From Pseudomonadota bacterium (GTDB lineage Bacteria > Desulfobacterota > Desulfobacteria > Desulfobacterales > RPRI01), in assembly GCA_043825875.1 (NCBI GenBank), contig JBDRRF010000097.1:1-52263 (forward strand): a stretch of 52,263 nucleotides of DNA, read 5' to 3'. Under the pieces are notes generated by a model. The model was not told the DNA's origin and made no database searches. It saw nothing but the letters and a program-made list of their open reading frames with translations. The number at the start of each line of letters is the position of its first letter. Positions within the stretch are counted from its first letter, which is position 1. The position numbers and the translations under genes were made by a program. Of this stretch, positions 26,362 through 37,835 are shown piece after piece.

Positions 26362-29300
26362 ATGCCGGATGAAAGTACAATATCCCGTTTAACCTGGCTC
26401 CCAATCACGGTATGTATCATTAGCATAGTACTTGCTTGTTTTTCTTATAATTTTTAAGGAAGCAGGAAATTGCCAGATTTGAAGATAGATTTAGTGATAT
26501 AAGTAAACACGGGTTTGAACATGTAGAGATGGTTTCCTTAAAATCCTTGTCTGTTCTGGAATTACTCAAGTCTTTTTACGATGCGTCAGACTTTGTTTCC
26601 CGTGATGAATTTGGAATTGTTGCACGTCAGCTTCTAAAGAGGTTCTCATTTATCCAGGCCTTGGAATGGGTACCTCGTGTAAATTATGCTGAGCGGTCGA
26701 CTTTGGAACAGAAAGCACGCAGAGAAGGCTTAGAAGATTTTCAGTTTAAAATTCAAGACAAACAAAACACGCTGCAACGGGCTCCGGAAAAAGAAGTATA
26801 TTTTCCTGTATATTACGTTGAACCTTATTCAGGAAACGAGCTTGACATCGGCTTTGATTTGGCTTCAAACCCCAGCCGCTTTCATGTAATCCGGCTTTCC
26901 CGGAAATCCGGTAGCAGCATTGCTACTGCACCGGTAACTTTGGTTCAGGGTAATACCTCCCAAAAAACATTTCTCTTATTCACACCTGTTTACAAAAAAA
27001 CCGCTGTTACATTTATTGATAAAGGGAGAGAAGACGGACTTTTAGGATTTGTGCTCGGTGTCTTTAATATTGGCCCACTGATTAAAGATGCTTTTGAAGA
27101 CTTGGAAGAGCAAAAAATATCATTTTATTTATTTGACAGCACGAATGGAACAGATTCGGCTATATTTTTTCACGCTTTTAAACCCACTGACAATATAATA
27201 TTTCCAAAGATAAATGAAGGAGATGTTGTTAATCTTGCTGATAGGATATTATCAGGCTCCCATACGTATTCCAATATCTCAGATTTTACTTTTGGAGACA
27301 GGCATTGGTCGGTTGTTGCAATTGCCCATGATAAATTTTTAAGCGAATATCTTACGTTAAGACCCTTATTAATAGCTATTGGCATACTTGTTACCGGTAG
27401 TTTAATTTCTTTTCTGTTTTGGGAGCAGTTGCGAAGAAGATCTTTTATTGAAGATAAAGTCAAAATCAGAACATTGGATTTACGAAATTCTGAAAAACAA
27501 CTTCTGGAAACCAACCATCAACTTGAAGAAGCCATCGCTCGCGCAAATGATATGGCTGCCCAGACCGAAATTGCCAATGGGGCTAAAAGTGAATTTCTGG
27601 CTAATATGAGTCATGAAATTCGCACTCCTATGAACGGTGTAATTGGAATGACCGGACTTCTTCTTGACACCAATCTCACGGATGAACAAAAAAAATACGC
27701 AGAAGTTATCAAAACCTGTGGTGAATCTCTATTATCAATTATTAATGATATCTTGGATTTTTCCAAAATCGAGGCAGGAAAACTTGAATTGGAAATGCTT
27801 GATTTTGATTTACATACTACAATAGAAGATACTGCCGATGTACTGGCAATAAAAGCCCATGAAAAGGGGTTGGAATTGACAGCCTTTGTATCGCCAGGAG
27901 TTCCTACATTTCTGAATGGAGATCCGGGTCGGCTCCGTCAAATATTGGTAAACCTTATCGGTAATGCGATAAAATTCACACATCATGGCGAAGTGACTAT
28001 CAGGGCTGATTTGGAAGAAGAAACAGTAAATGACGCTATAATTCGTTTTGTTGTAGCAGATACGGGTATTGGTATACCAAAAGATCGGGTAAATTCATTG
28101 TTTTCCGCTTTTACGCAGGTAGACAGTTCCACCACAAGAAAATATGGAGGTACCGGCCTTGGGCTTGCCATCTCAAAACAGCTTGCTGAATTGATGGGTG
28201 GCAATATTGGTTTAAAGAGCACCGAAGGGCAAGGAACAGTCTTTTCGTTTACTACCAGATTAAAGAAACAACCTGAAAACAAAAACGCTACTATAGACTA
28301 TACAGCCGATATCAAGGATGTGCGTATTTTGGTGGTGGACGACCATGAAACCAACCGTCTTCTGGTAGCTACACTTTTACACTCATGGGGTTGTCGCTGT
28401 GTTGAAGCAGCAGATGGATTGACAGCTCTTAATATACTACACACAGCAGTAAGAGAAGGCGATCCGGTTCGCGCAGCATTGATAGACATGCAAATGCCGA
28501 ATTTAGACGGGGAAGAACTTGGCCGCATTATAAAGTCGGAATCAGAACTTACCGAAACGGTTTTGATAATGATGACTTCTTTATGCCAACGAGGCGATGC
28601 AAAAAAGTTCCAGGCAGCAGGGTATGCCGCCTATCTTTCCAAACCCATACGGCAAACCCTCCTTCATGATTGTCTATCATTGGCTTTAGGAATAAAAAAG
28701 CATGATAAAAAGGAATTTTCTTCCGATCGGGCAATTATTACACAGCATACCATTTCCGAAGTAAATAAGCATAGATCTCGAATTTTACTAGTAGAGGATA
28801 CGCCAACTAATCAGGACGTGGCTTTGGCTATTCTTAAAAAACTGGGGTATCGGGCTAATAACGTGGCAAACGGGAAAGAAGCCTTAGAAGCTCTTGAAAC
28901 CATTCCATATGATTTGGTTCTGATGGATTGCCAGATGCCGGTTATGGACGGATATGAGGCAACACGCATAATCCGGCAAGGGGATGCCGGAATTCAAAAC
29001 CAGAAGGTGCCGGTAATCGCTATGACAGCTCACACAATGAAGGGAGATCGCGAAAGATGCATAGAAGCAGGTATGAATGATTATATTGCCAAGCCCGTTG
29101 ATCCTTTTGAAATTGCCGAAAAGCTCAAGCAATGGCTTCCCGGACCAAAGAAAGAACAAGATTTAAAAGATAATATTCTTGAGCATTCTGAAACCAAAGA
29201 CCATATTCAAAAGGTATTTAATCGCGATGTATTAATCAATAGGTTGATGGGTGATGAGGATTTAGCCAAGACAATTATCAAAGGGTTTTTAAATGATATG

Positions 29301-29543
29301 CCCCTACAAATTAAGGCAATAAAAGAAGCCGTAATCCACAAACAATCGGACCGGACCTGCTCACTGGCTCACAAAATCAAAGGTGCTGCTGGAAACATCG
29401 GAAGCCCTTTATTTCAAGATGTGGCTCATTCCATGGAAAAAGCTGGAGAAGCTGGAGAAATGCAAAAGCTCTTTAGTCTGATGCCTCAACTTGAAGATTG
29501 TTTTACTCAACTGAAACAAGAAATGGAAGCGGAAATAGCATGA
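26362..29543 (+). CDS. Hybrid sensor histidine kinase CHASE-HisKA-HATPase-REC-REC-Hpt; N-terminus frameshifted at 26451-26455
   Basis: CHASE ([20 protein letters not shown]), [29 protein letters not shown], two REC domains, HKIKGAA. The first TM (26362-26457) is out of frame by one T; the intact ORF is 26529-29543. Confidence 0.9.
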
Positions 29544-30439
29544 AAGTTTTAATTGCAGAAGATGATATTACATCCAGAACAATACTTACGGCTATTCTTG
29601 AGAAATGGGGATACAATCCCATTGCTGTAAATGACGGCCTCGATGCATTGAAAATATTACAGAAAGCCGATTCACCCGAACTGGTTCTTCTTGATTGGAA
29701 AATGCCTGTTATGGATGGCCTTGAAGTATGCCGCCGAATAAGGCAACAGCTTTGTAACAACTTGGTTTATATAATAATCTTGACTTCAAAAAGCGAAAAA
29801 ACGAATATTGTGGCAGGTCTTGATGCAGGAGCTAATGATTATGTAATTAAACCATATGATAATGAAGAATTGCGCGCTCGGATCAATGTAGGTCAGCGTA
29901 TGATTGAAATACAGTCGGAATTGGAAAAAACTAAAAAAGCTCTGGTTCATGAAGCTATGCATGACCATTTAACAGGCATTTATAACCGGAGGGCAATTAT
30001 AGATATGTTGCAAAGAGAACTGTCGCTTGCTAGACGTAAAAGAAACAGAATAAACATAGGGATGTGCGATCTCGATAATTTCAAACAGATAAATGATTGT
30101 TATGGACATCAGGCCGGAGATGAAGTGCTGTGTGGATTTACACGTACTATCCAAAACAATTTACGTGGTTATGACATTTTTGGACGTTATGGAGGTGAAG
30201 AATTTTTAGTTATTATTCCAGATGGCATCAAATCGTCAGAAGAGCATATTTTCGAAAGATTAAGAAATAAAATTGCCGAACAACGGATATTGACAAGAGC
30301 TGGTGAAATCAGCGTTACGATGAGTGTCGGAGTTGCCGGTATACATAACGGAGAATCCGTGGATACATTGCTTGGAGCCGCCGACACAGCTCTTTACAGG
30401 GCAAAGGAAGAGGGGCGCAACCAGGTTTTTTTCGCTTAG
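29540..30439 (+). CDS. Response regulator diguanylate cyclase (REC-GGDEF)
   Basis: [53 protein letters not shown] overlap with the kinase. Confidence 0.95.
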   Translation: MKVLIAEDDITSRTILTAILEKWGYNPIAVNDGLDALKILQKADSPELVLLDWKMPVMDGLEVCRRIRQQLCNNLVYIIILTSKSEKTNIVAGLDAGANDYVIKPYDNEELRARINVGQRMIEIQSELEKTKKALVHEAMHDHLTGIYNRRAIIDMLQRELSLARRKRNRINIGMCDLDNFKQINDCYGHQAGDEVLCGFTRTIQNNLRGYDIFGRYGGEEFLVIIPDGIKSSEEHIFERLRNKIAEQRILTRAGEISVTMSVGVAGIHNGESVDTLLGAADTALYRAKEEGRNQVFFA

Positions 30440-30691
30440 TGCGAAAGAAATAAGCTTAAAGAAGTATTGGAAATGACTGGAGCTGTTTATCATGAGATGA
30501 ATCAGCCACTTCAGAGCGTTTAAGGTTTTTCGGAACTTCAAATTATGCATATGGACTCCGATGAGCCAAATTATGAAACGATCAAAAACATCACGTCAGG
30601 CATAGATCGCATCGTCGAACTGACCCACAAGATTATGAGAATTTCGAAATACAAGGTAAAAGGTTATATTGATATTAATGAATCTCAATAA
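30440..30691 (+). pseudogene. HisKA-like domain relic with internal stop
   Basis: In frame after the DGC stop: ..KLKEVLEMTGAVYHEMNQPLQSV*GFSELQIM..IDRIVELTHKIM. Confidence 0.7.
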
Positions 30692-30718
30692 TTTTCTCAA
30701 ATCAAACCGGAACAATAC

Positions 30719-30800
30719 ATGGTTGAATAAAAGATATTAGTAGTTGATGATGAACAGCATATTCGTGATTTATATTCTCAAGCATTTTTAAAGAGCGGAC
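30719..30800 (+). pseudogene. Receiver-domain relic
   Basis: MVE*KILVVDDEQHIRDLYSQAFLKSG, then loses similarity. Confidence 0.65.
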
Positions 30801-30918
30801 TAATTTTGCTGGCGGGCGACTTTATGAGACAGTATGGATTATATACAAGCAGGCTTGTTGCCAAAAGATAGACTATAATTCGCGGTTGGCATATGAATTC
30901 ACATCAGAAAGAATAGAT

Positions 30919-31263
30919 TTATTTTTCATGCCCTTCTTCTTTAAGAAGCTTGCTGTACCAGTTTGCAAATTCAAGCATCCCTATGTAGCGTTCATCATCA
31001 TTAACTATACCCAGGCAAACATCAAGCACTCCTCTACCATATTCATTACTGTATTGATCGGAGCTTCTGCTTTGTAAAAATTCTCTTACAAGCATTTGAG
31101 ATGTTCGTTTTGTCTTATCTTTCCTAATGTCAATTGGATCTTTCGGCAACTCAAACGGGTCCCACTTTTCATATCCCTTCTTAACAATGTGTTTTTGTCT
31201 TCTGGGGGACATACTTTCAAAAATCGCTTTTTTTCTGAATTCCTCATCGCTTAATTCAGACAT
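30919..31263 (-). CDS. Hypothetical protein
   Basis: 114-aa ORF co-directional with and 8 bp from the upstream gene; GYEKWDPF..PKDPIDIR. Confidence 0.7.
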   Translation of the reverse strand: MSELSDEEFRKKAIFESMSPRRQKHIVKKGYEKWDPFELPKDPIDIRKDKTKRTSQMLVREFLQSRSSDQYSNEYGRGVLDVCLGIVNDDERYIGMLEFANWYSKLLKEEGHEK

Positions 31264-31271
31264 TTTATCAC

Positions 31272-31949
31272 CTATTCTTCTTTCTTTAAGGAATTATTAT
31301 TATCTGGAACACCTAAAAACTCTTTATCAAATTCAGTCAAAATCGCCATGGATACAGGCATGAGCAATTCTGATAATTTTGCATATCTAGTATTTATATG
31401 TTTAGTAAGTTCTTCAGAAATCTCAAACAACTTATTATGAATTGCCTCCATATTTACTGTTGGATATTTTGCTCCTTCTGTAAAACCTGATTTCCCGCAG
31501 GTATGCCCAATACCACCTATAGAAAAGGGTATCCCGTATAGTCTGCATGTTATCGGTCTGAATTCGTAGAGATCACACTTGTCTTTTTCATTTAAAAGTG
31601 GGCATCTAATTTTTTTAGTTGCTAAATCTTTTAAAATTTCATCTTCACTTGTTCCTGATTTAAAACTATCGTAGGCTTTCTTTTTTAATTTAAAAACCTC
31701 TCTGTCTGCTGTGTTTGCTTTGCCTTCAAGTTGTTCTCGCTTCCCGCTATCAAGATTTTCTTTTATTTTATGGTTTATATATAATGCTTCCACCAATGAT
31801 AAATCAAAGAGCGCATAACAACAATCAGAACAATTTGTTTTACATTTTACGCATTCAGGATGGCTTTCGCTCACTTTATCAAACAGCTCATTTGCTAAAG
31901 TAACTATTGTTTCATATTTTTTAAATAGCTGTGTAAAATCTAAACTCAC
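31272..31949 (-). CDS. YkgJ-family CxxCxxCC protein
   Basis: CKTNCSDCC, CPLL...CDLYEFRPITCRLYG; GTG start with AGGAG RBS. Confidence 0.88.
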   Translation of the reverse strand: MSLDFTQLFKKYETIVTLANELFDKVSESHPECVKCKTNCSDCCYALFDLSLVEALYINHKIKENLDSGKREQLEGKANTADREVFKLKKKAYDSFKSGTSEDEILKDLATKKIRCPLLNEKDKCDLYEFRPITCRLYGIPFSIGGIGHTCGKSGFTEGAKYPTVNMEAIHNKLFEISEELTKHINTRYAKLSELLMPVSMAILTEFDKEFLGVPDNNNSLKKEE

Positions 31950-32109
31950 TCTTCACTCCTAATTTTATTATTTTCTTAACAGAAAGCAATTAATACTTTT
32001 TAGTCGCATTTTCTACATATTTTTTGTTTAGGACCAAAGATTATTGCTCGCTGTTTTATATTGATACTATCAAAACCGGTTTAGTCACATAAAAATTATA
32101 CTGTGAATA

Positions 32110-32125
32110 TGTTTCATGTGAAACA
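32110..32125. promoter_or_regulatory. parS centromere-like site
   Basis: TGTTTCATGTGAAACA, one mismatch from TGTTTCACGTGAAACA, abutting the mnmE stop. Confidence 0.85.
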
Positions 32126-33505
32126 TTATTTGCCTATACAAAATCGGTTGAATATCTGGTTAAGAATATCCATTTTTATACTATTACCAATTATCTGGTT
32201 TAATGCTTCAATGGCGCTTTTAAGATCTATTGATAAAATTTCATAAGCTTCTCCTGTTTTCATTCCTTCGCATACAGAGATTATGCTTACCAAACATTTA
32301 TCAAGAGCCGTTTTTTGTCTTAAATTAGGAACTATTGCTGAACGATTAAAATCTATGTTCTTTATGGCAATTTCTTTAACAGTTTCTTTCAGAATATCAA
32401 CACCCGTATTATATAATGAAGACACGCTTACATAAGGAAATGATTTTAACTCATCATTTATTTTTACCGAGATGCCTTCTTGTAATAAATCAATTTTATT
32501 GAAAACCACAACAAGTTGTTTCTTGTTAATATTTTCAAACAATTTTTTATCTTCTTCTGTAAAAGAACTTTTTGCATCTAGAACAAATAATATAATATCA
32601 GCATTGTTTATCTGTTCCTTAGCTTTTTTTATCCCTATTGATTCAATAGGATCTTTTGTATTATGCAAGCCGGCTGTATCAGAAATTATAGCTGGAAATC
32701 CGGAAATCATAATAGTTTCTTCAATTATATCTCGTGTTGTTCCAGGTATAGAAGTAACAATTGCACGGTCTTTGTTTAATAGCCTGTTCATTAAACTTGA
32801 TTTGCCAACATTAGGTCTTCCGGCAATCACGAGCTTTATACCTTCTCTTAAAACATGTCCTTCATCATATCCTGATATCAACTCTTTTAATTTATTTATT
32901 ACATTATTTTCGATATTTTTAATATCTGTATCAAAACTTAAAGATTCCAAATCATCAGGAAAATCTATTCCTGCTTCAACTTTAACAATGATATTGTTTA
33001 ATTCCTTTAACATTGTTTCAACACAATTTTTTAAAAGTCCATCAACCTGTGCATTTGCAATTTCAAGAGCTTTTTTATTTTTTGCATTAATTATATCAAC
33101 AATAGCTTCTGCTTGTGTAAGATCTATTCTACCATTGATAAACGCCCTTTTAGTAAACTCTCCTGGTTCAGCAAGCCTTGCACCTTTGTTAATTACAATA
33201 TTTAATATTGTCTCAAGCAGAAATATTCCGGAGTGTACGTTTATTTCAACAACATCTTCTCCGGTATACGAATATGGAGCAAGCATGATAGATAAAAGAA
33301 CTTCATCAAGGGCTTTTTGACTATCAGGATCAATTATGTGGCCATGATAAAGTTTATGGGATTCATTAAGAATATAATTTTTTTTCCTGCCAGATTTTTT
33401 AAATATTAACGAGGCTATATATTTGGCATTTTTCCCGGATATTTTAATAATCCCAATCCCGCCACTTCCAGCAGGTGTTGATATAGCAGCAATAGTGTCA
33501 TTCAT
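32126..33505 (-). CDS. mnmE: tRNA modification GTPase MnmE/TrmE
   Basis: DTIAAISTP.G.GGI, GEFTKRAF.NG, GRPNVGKSSL, PGTTRD, DTAG, NKID, FCIGK. Confidence 0.97.
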   Translation of the reverse strand: MNDTIAAISTPAGSGGIGIIKISGKNAKYIASLIFKKSGRKKNYILNESHKLYHGHIIDPDSQKALDEVLLSIMLAPYSYTGEDVVEINVHSGIFLLETILNIVINKGARLAEPGEFTKRAFINGRIDLTQAEAIVDIINAKNKKALEIANAQVDGLLKNCVETMLKELNNIIVKVEAGIDFPDDLESLSFDTDIKNIENNVINKLKELISGYDEGHVLREGIKLVIAGRPNVGKSSLMNRLLNKDRAIVTSIPGTTRDIIEETIMISGFPAIISDTAGLHNTKDPIESIGIKKAKEQINNADIILFVLDAKSSFTEEDKKLFENINKKQLVVVFNKIDLLQEGISVKINDELKSFPYVSVSSLYNTGVDILKETVKEIAIKNIDFNRSAIVPNLRQKTALDKCLVSIISVCEGMKTGEAYEILSIDLKSAIEALNQIIGNSIKMDILNQIFNRFCIGK

Positions 33506-33638
33506 TGATCATCGCTTGCTGATCTTGTATGATTTTCTTTATGGAAGGAAGCATGCATAGAGCTTCGCACAGAACATATTTTAATAAAAATTTACATAGT
33601 GCTGTAATTATAAGCATTGAAAAAACAATAATTATCTT

Positions 33639-34379
33639 CTATTTTTCTTTTACAGAACGTTTCTTTTTTGGAAAAATAACAAGTTTTTTAATAAAGCCAT
33701 CTCCAACACTATGGGTAACAACATTACTGTTTTGCTTTAAAGCAAGATGGATCATTCTTCTATCATAAGCATTCATTTGTCCCAATGACACGGGCTTTCC
33801 ATTTTCCATTACCTTTTCAGCCATTTTTTCGGCAAGTCTTGTTAGTTTTATACGTTTTTTATTTAAATATCCTCCTACATCAACCGTGATATTTTGCTTA
33901 GCAGCATTATTCTTCCTTACTGCTTTTTCAATTATATATTGAATAGCATCTAACGTTTGTCCACGTTTACCGATAATAACCGCTGGGTTAGAACATTCAA
34001 TTTCGTAATATACTTCATTTTTTTCGACCTTAACCGATGCTTTGGCATCATCAGTTATAGTGTTTATGATCCTATTTAAAATATCAAGTCCTTTTTCAAT
34101 ATAAGGATTTTCATTATTTTCCTCACTGACTATAGAATCTATAGGTTTTTCATCGACAATATTTGATTCTTTTTTTATTTCTTCTTCGATTTCTATTTCC
34201 ACATCGGGAATTGTTACTCTGATTTTCGCTTTTTTTGTTCCTACAAGACCAAATATCCCGCTTGAGCCATATGAAATAACATCATGTTTTAATTCATTTT
34301 TTGTTATATTCAGCTCCTTACACGCTTTTTCGATTGCCTTATCTACATTTATCCCATCAATTTCCATATAATGGGGCAT
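33639..34379 (-). CDS. jag: Jag/EloR (KhpB) RNA-binding protein
   Basis: Jag_N (G.FGL.G.K.A), KH IGKRGQTLDAIQY, R3H (RRMIH.AL); synteny with yidC. Confidence 0.92.
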   Translation of the reverse strand: MPHYMEIDGINVDKAIEKACKELNITKNELKHDVISYGSSGIFGLVGTKKAKIRVTIPDVEIEIEEEIKKESNIVDEKPIDSIVSEENNENPYIEKGLDILNRIINTITDDAKASVKVEKNEVYYEIECSNPAVIIGKRGQTLDAIQYIIEKAVRKNNAAKQNITVDVGGYLNKKRIKLTRLAEKMAEKVMENGKPVSLGQMNAYDRRMIHLALKQNSNVVTHSVGDGFIKKLVIFPKKKRSVKEK

Positions 34380-34394
34380 ATTACTCCTCCCTAT

Positions 34395-36056
34395 CTAAGC
34401 CGTTTTCCGTGAAATGATATGTTGCTGAAGGATTGACAACACATTGTTAACAAGCCAGTATAAAACCAGTCCGGCAGAAAAGTTGATAAATATTACTGTA
34501 AAAACAAGCGGTAAAAACATCATCATTTTTGCTTGAGCCGGATCTCCGACCGCAGGGCTCATTTTTTGCTGGATAAACATTGTTGCGCCCATAATTATTG
34601 TTAAAACAGGTATGCCATATGGTGGTTCCATAAATGGAATAGAAAAGCCAAAGTGAAAAAGCCTGTCGGGAGCAGCGAGATCCTTTATCCAAAAAACAAA
34701 AGGAGCATGTCTTAATTCTATGGTTTCATAAAGCATCCTATAAAAAGCAAAAAACACCGGTAACTGAGCAACCATAGGGAGACACCCACCCATAGGATTA
34801 ATTTTGTAAGTTTTATATAATCCCATCAACTCTTCATTCATACGTTTTTTGTCATTGCCATATTTTTCTTTTAGTTCTGCAAGCAATGGTTGAATTTTTT
34901 TCATCTCGTTCATGGACTTATAGCTTTTTGATCCTAAAGGCCAAAACAATACCTTAAATAATACTGTAAGAATAATTATAACAACGCCATAGTTTGGTAT
35001 AAAACCATATAAAAAATTCATTGCATATAAAACCGGTTTTGCAAGAAAATCAAACCACCCAAAATTAACAGCTTTACTTAAATCATATCCAAGAGTTCCA
35101 AGAAGCTTTAAGCTTTTCGGTCCAAAATAAAGATTAAAATCCATTTGTTCCTGAACGCCTGGGCGGATTTCTTTTTCAGGAAGTAAATATTGCGTCTCAT
35201 AATGACCCTTCTCCTTATCTTTCATATACAGCCGCATTGTTGCTTCCATAGGTGTAGTTGGAATAACAGCTGACATAAAATAGCGATCCTGCGCAGAAAC
35301 CCATTTTATAGTTCCAGGATAATTATTTTTATCTTCAATGTTTTTGAGTTTTATTTGTTCAAGGCTGCCATTTATTAAAGCACTCGGACCTTCAAAGCTA
35401 TTTGTGTTTTTAATACCTGCATCATAGCTTTCCAGAGAAATAAAAAGTTTGTCTTTAATTATTTCTGAAGATTGATTTACAATATTTAATTTTAATCCGA
35501 CCAAATATGTATCTGCTGAAAACTTATATTTTTTCTCAATAATAATACCTTCAGGAGATTTCCAGTAAAATTTTATTTCTTTGCTTCCCTGATCTAACAC
35601 TATATTTTCAAAATCTGAATCTGAAATATAATTAGCGTTTTCAATACCTGAAACGCTTTTTCCATCAAATCCGACTAAAACAGTCCCGTTTTTTATTTCT
35701 TTTGATATCAATTCTTTATTTGGAGAATCAACATCAATAGTCTCATTATATTTTAACAACTTAAAACTTGTAATTGCCGCATTTTTTTCATTAATACTCA
35801 CCGAATATAACGGAGTCTTTATATTAATAACTCTTGCAGGTTTTAATTCTTCATAGGCTGGCTCATCAATCTGTGAATATTTTTCATTTAATTTATTAAT
35901 ATTATCAGATGTTGATGCTTTTGTTTTATCTGTTTGTTGTACCTCAACGGTTGATGCGACAGGTTTTATGTCTTTTTTATCATTATAAAAATGTTCCCAA
36001 ACCAAAAAGACAACAAATGAAAGTGCAACTGCTATTATAAAACGAGACTGTTCCAT
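34395..36056 (-). CDS. yidC: Membrane protein insertase YidC
   Basis: NFGWF, NYGVVII.LT, INPMGGCLP..QLPVF, WIKDL, GLVLYW.VNN. Confidence 0.97.
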   Translation of the reverse strand: MEQSRFIIAVALSFVVFLVWEHFYNDKKDIKPVASTVEVQQTDKTKASTSDNINKLNEKYSQIDEPAYEELKPARVINIKTPLYSVSINEKNAAITSFKLLKYNETIDVDSPNKELISKEIKNGTVLVGFDGKSVSGIENANYISDSDFENIVLDQGSKEIKFYWKSPEGIIIEKKYKFSADTYLVGLKLNIVNQSSEIIKDKLFISLESYDAGIKNTNSFEGPSALINGSLEQIKLKNIEDKNNYPGTIKWVSAQDRYFMSAVIPTTPMEATMRLYMKDKEKGHYETQYLLPEKEIRPGVQEQMDFNLYFGPKSLKLLGTLGYDLSKAVNFGWFDFLAKPVLYAMNFLYGFIPNYGVVIIILTVLFKVLFWPLGSKSYKSMNEMKKIQPLLAELKEKYGNDKKRMNEELMGLYKTYKINPMGGCLPMVAQLPVFFAFYRMLYETIELRHAPFVFWIKDLAAPDRLFHFGFSIPFMEPPYGIPVLTIIMGATMFIQQKMSPAVGDPAQAKMMMFLPLVFTVIFINFSAGLVLYWLVNNVLSILQQHIISRKTA

Positions 36057-36218
36057 TAAAACCTCCCTGTTACCGTATGGAACCTATGTTTATATAAAAT
36101 TTTACAAATATTATTATATATCTGCAAAAACATGAGATATTTATTAATTTTTACTGCCAGGGAATAAAGCATGGTTGAAGGATGTTCGTGCATGATATTA
36201 CAAAGAGGTCTATCCACT

Positions 36219-36449
36219 TCATGTAATGTTCTTTTTTGGTACCGGATCGATTCCTCCCGAATTATAAGGATGACATCTAAATATTCGCTTAACAGATAGA
36301 AAGCTTCCTTTAATTAAACCATGCTCCTGTATAGCAATAAAAGTGTATTCTGAACAAGTTGGATAAAAGCGACAAGCTGGTCCGATAAAAGGAGAGATAA
36401 CTATCTGATAAAAACGTATTGAAAAAAGAACTATTTTCTTAATTATCAA
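36219..36449 (-). CDS. yidD: Membrane protein insertion efficiency factor YidD
   Basis: [25 protein letters not shown]. Confidence 0.95.
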   Translation of the reverse strand: MIIKKIVLFSIRFYQIVISPFIGPACRFYPTCSEYTFIAIQEHGLIKGSFLSVKRIFRCHPYNSGGIDPVPKKNIT

Positions 36450-36795
36450 AATCTTCCTCTATTTTTTTAAAAATTTCATGCAAATATAAAAACATTTTTT
36501 CTGAAGATATGTATACCGATTCTTTGTTTGCTATTATATTTATATCCCAAATACAATTAAACTTGCTTTTATTTACACGAAAAAACTCACGAACATACCG
36601 CTTTAATCTATTCCTTTTAACAGAATTTCCAGTTTTTTTTGTAACTGTCAAACCAAGCCGGCATTTTTCCGTGGATCCTGGAAAGTATATTGCCGTAACA
36701 TATTTATTTTTTAATCTTTTTCCTTTTTTTGATAATTCAATAAATTCGCGGCGTTTTAAAATTCTGTCTGTTTTTATAAAATTTTGCAATTGCAT
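36439..36795 (-). CDS. rnpA: Ribonuclease P protein component
   Basis: [25 protein letters not shown]. Confidence 0.95.
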   Translation of the reverse strand: MQLQNFIKTDRILKRREFIELSKKGKRLKNKYVTAIYFPGSTEKCRLGLTVTKKTGNSVKRNRLKRYVREFFRVNKSKFNCIWDINIIANKESVYISSEKMFLYLHEIFKKIEEDFDN

Positions 36796-36852
36796 TATTT
36801 ACGATTATTTACAACCAGCAAATTATTTACTTTTTTCACCTATAAATAATCA

Positions 36853-36987
36853 TTAAACAGATAAACGGGATCTTCCCTTAGCTCTTCTCCTGTTTATAAT
36901 ATTTCTCCCCTGTTTGGTTGACATTCTTTTTAAAAAACCATGTGTTCGAACTCGTTTTCGTTTGCTTGGTTGATATGTTCTTTTCAT
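36853..36987 (-). CDS. rpmH: 50S ribosomal protein L34 (not in ORF track)
   Basis: [44 protein letters not shown]. Confidence 0.97.
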   Translation of the reverse strand: MKRTYQPSKRKRVRTHGFLKRMSTKQGRNIINRRRAKGRSRLSV

Positions 36988-37136
36988 AACCTGTGTATCC
37001 CTATTTGCTTATTAATTGTTTTCTTTCCTAACCAGAACTGTCTTTTAATATAAGCTTTAACTAACTGTACCAGCTTATCATAAGCTGTTAGATAGAACAT
37101 ATATATCAGAAGGTGTCAATACAAAAAGGCGTGCTT

Positions 37137-37835
37137 TCATTCTGTGGAAAGCTCCATGGTTATGTCTGCAATTCTTTTTATCTGTTCCGTACTATGTGAT
37201 ATTAATAAAATTGTACAGCGGTCTTTTAGTTCCTGTAGAAGGGTTTCTATTATTCTGCTGGATTTTACATCAAGAAAAGATGTTGGTTCATCCACCAGAA
37301 GAATTTCCGGTTCAAAGACAAGAGCTCGCGCTATACAAAGACGCTGTTGTTGACCTCCGGAAAGAGACCGTGCATCATCTTCCAATCTATCATTTACTTC
37401 ATTCCAGAGATATACTCTTTTTAAAACATCTTCTACTTTTTTATTAATATGCAGTTTATCTTTATATCCGGAAAGCTTTAAAGGAAAAGCCACGTTTTTA
37501 TAGATACTCATAGGTAAGGGATTGGGTGTTTGAAAAATCATTCCCACAGACCTTCTTAATACAGGAAGTGACACAGATTTGTCATAAATATTAATCCATT
37601 TTCCTTTTAAGCGGATATGCACATCTCCTTCCATTCTTGCGTAGGGTATTGTTTCCCATAATCGGTTAAATATTTTTAAAAAAGTTGATTTGCCCTGGCC
37701 GGAAGGACCTATAACAGCAAAAATGGATTTCTCGGGAATTTCAACAGAAATTTCCTTTAATACCTGTTTCTTATTATAATAAAAAGAAAGGTTTTTGGTT
37801 TTGATAATACAGCTTTTGGAGTTAGTCTCTTTCAT
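37137..37835 (-). CDS. pstB: Phosphate-type ABC transporter ATPase
   Basis: GPSGQGKST, GMIFQTPNP.PMSIY.NV, LSGGQQQRLCIARAL. Confidence 0.85.
   Translation of the reverse strand: MKETNSKSCIIKTKNLSFYYNKKQVLKEISVEIPEKSIFAVIGPSGQGKSTFLKIFNRLWETIPYARMEGDVHIRLKGKWINIYDKSVSLPVLRRSVGMIFQTPNPLPMSIYKNVAFPLKLSGYKDKLHINKKVEDVLKRVYLWNEVNDRLEDDARSLSGGQQQRLCIARALVFEPEILLVDEPTSFLDVKSSRIIETLLQELKDRCTILLISHSTEQIKRIADITMELSTE

Noticed and set aside
32472..33320. 282-aa plus-strand ORF
   Set aside because: Antisense shadow of mnmE; the same applies to other long antisense ORFs over fabH, pstS and nifS.
36988..37136. oriC upstream of rpmH
   Set aside because: Only ~150 bp and no DnaA-box cluster.
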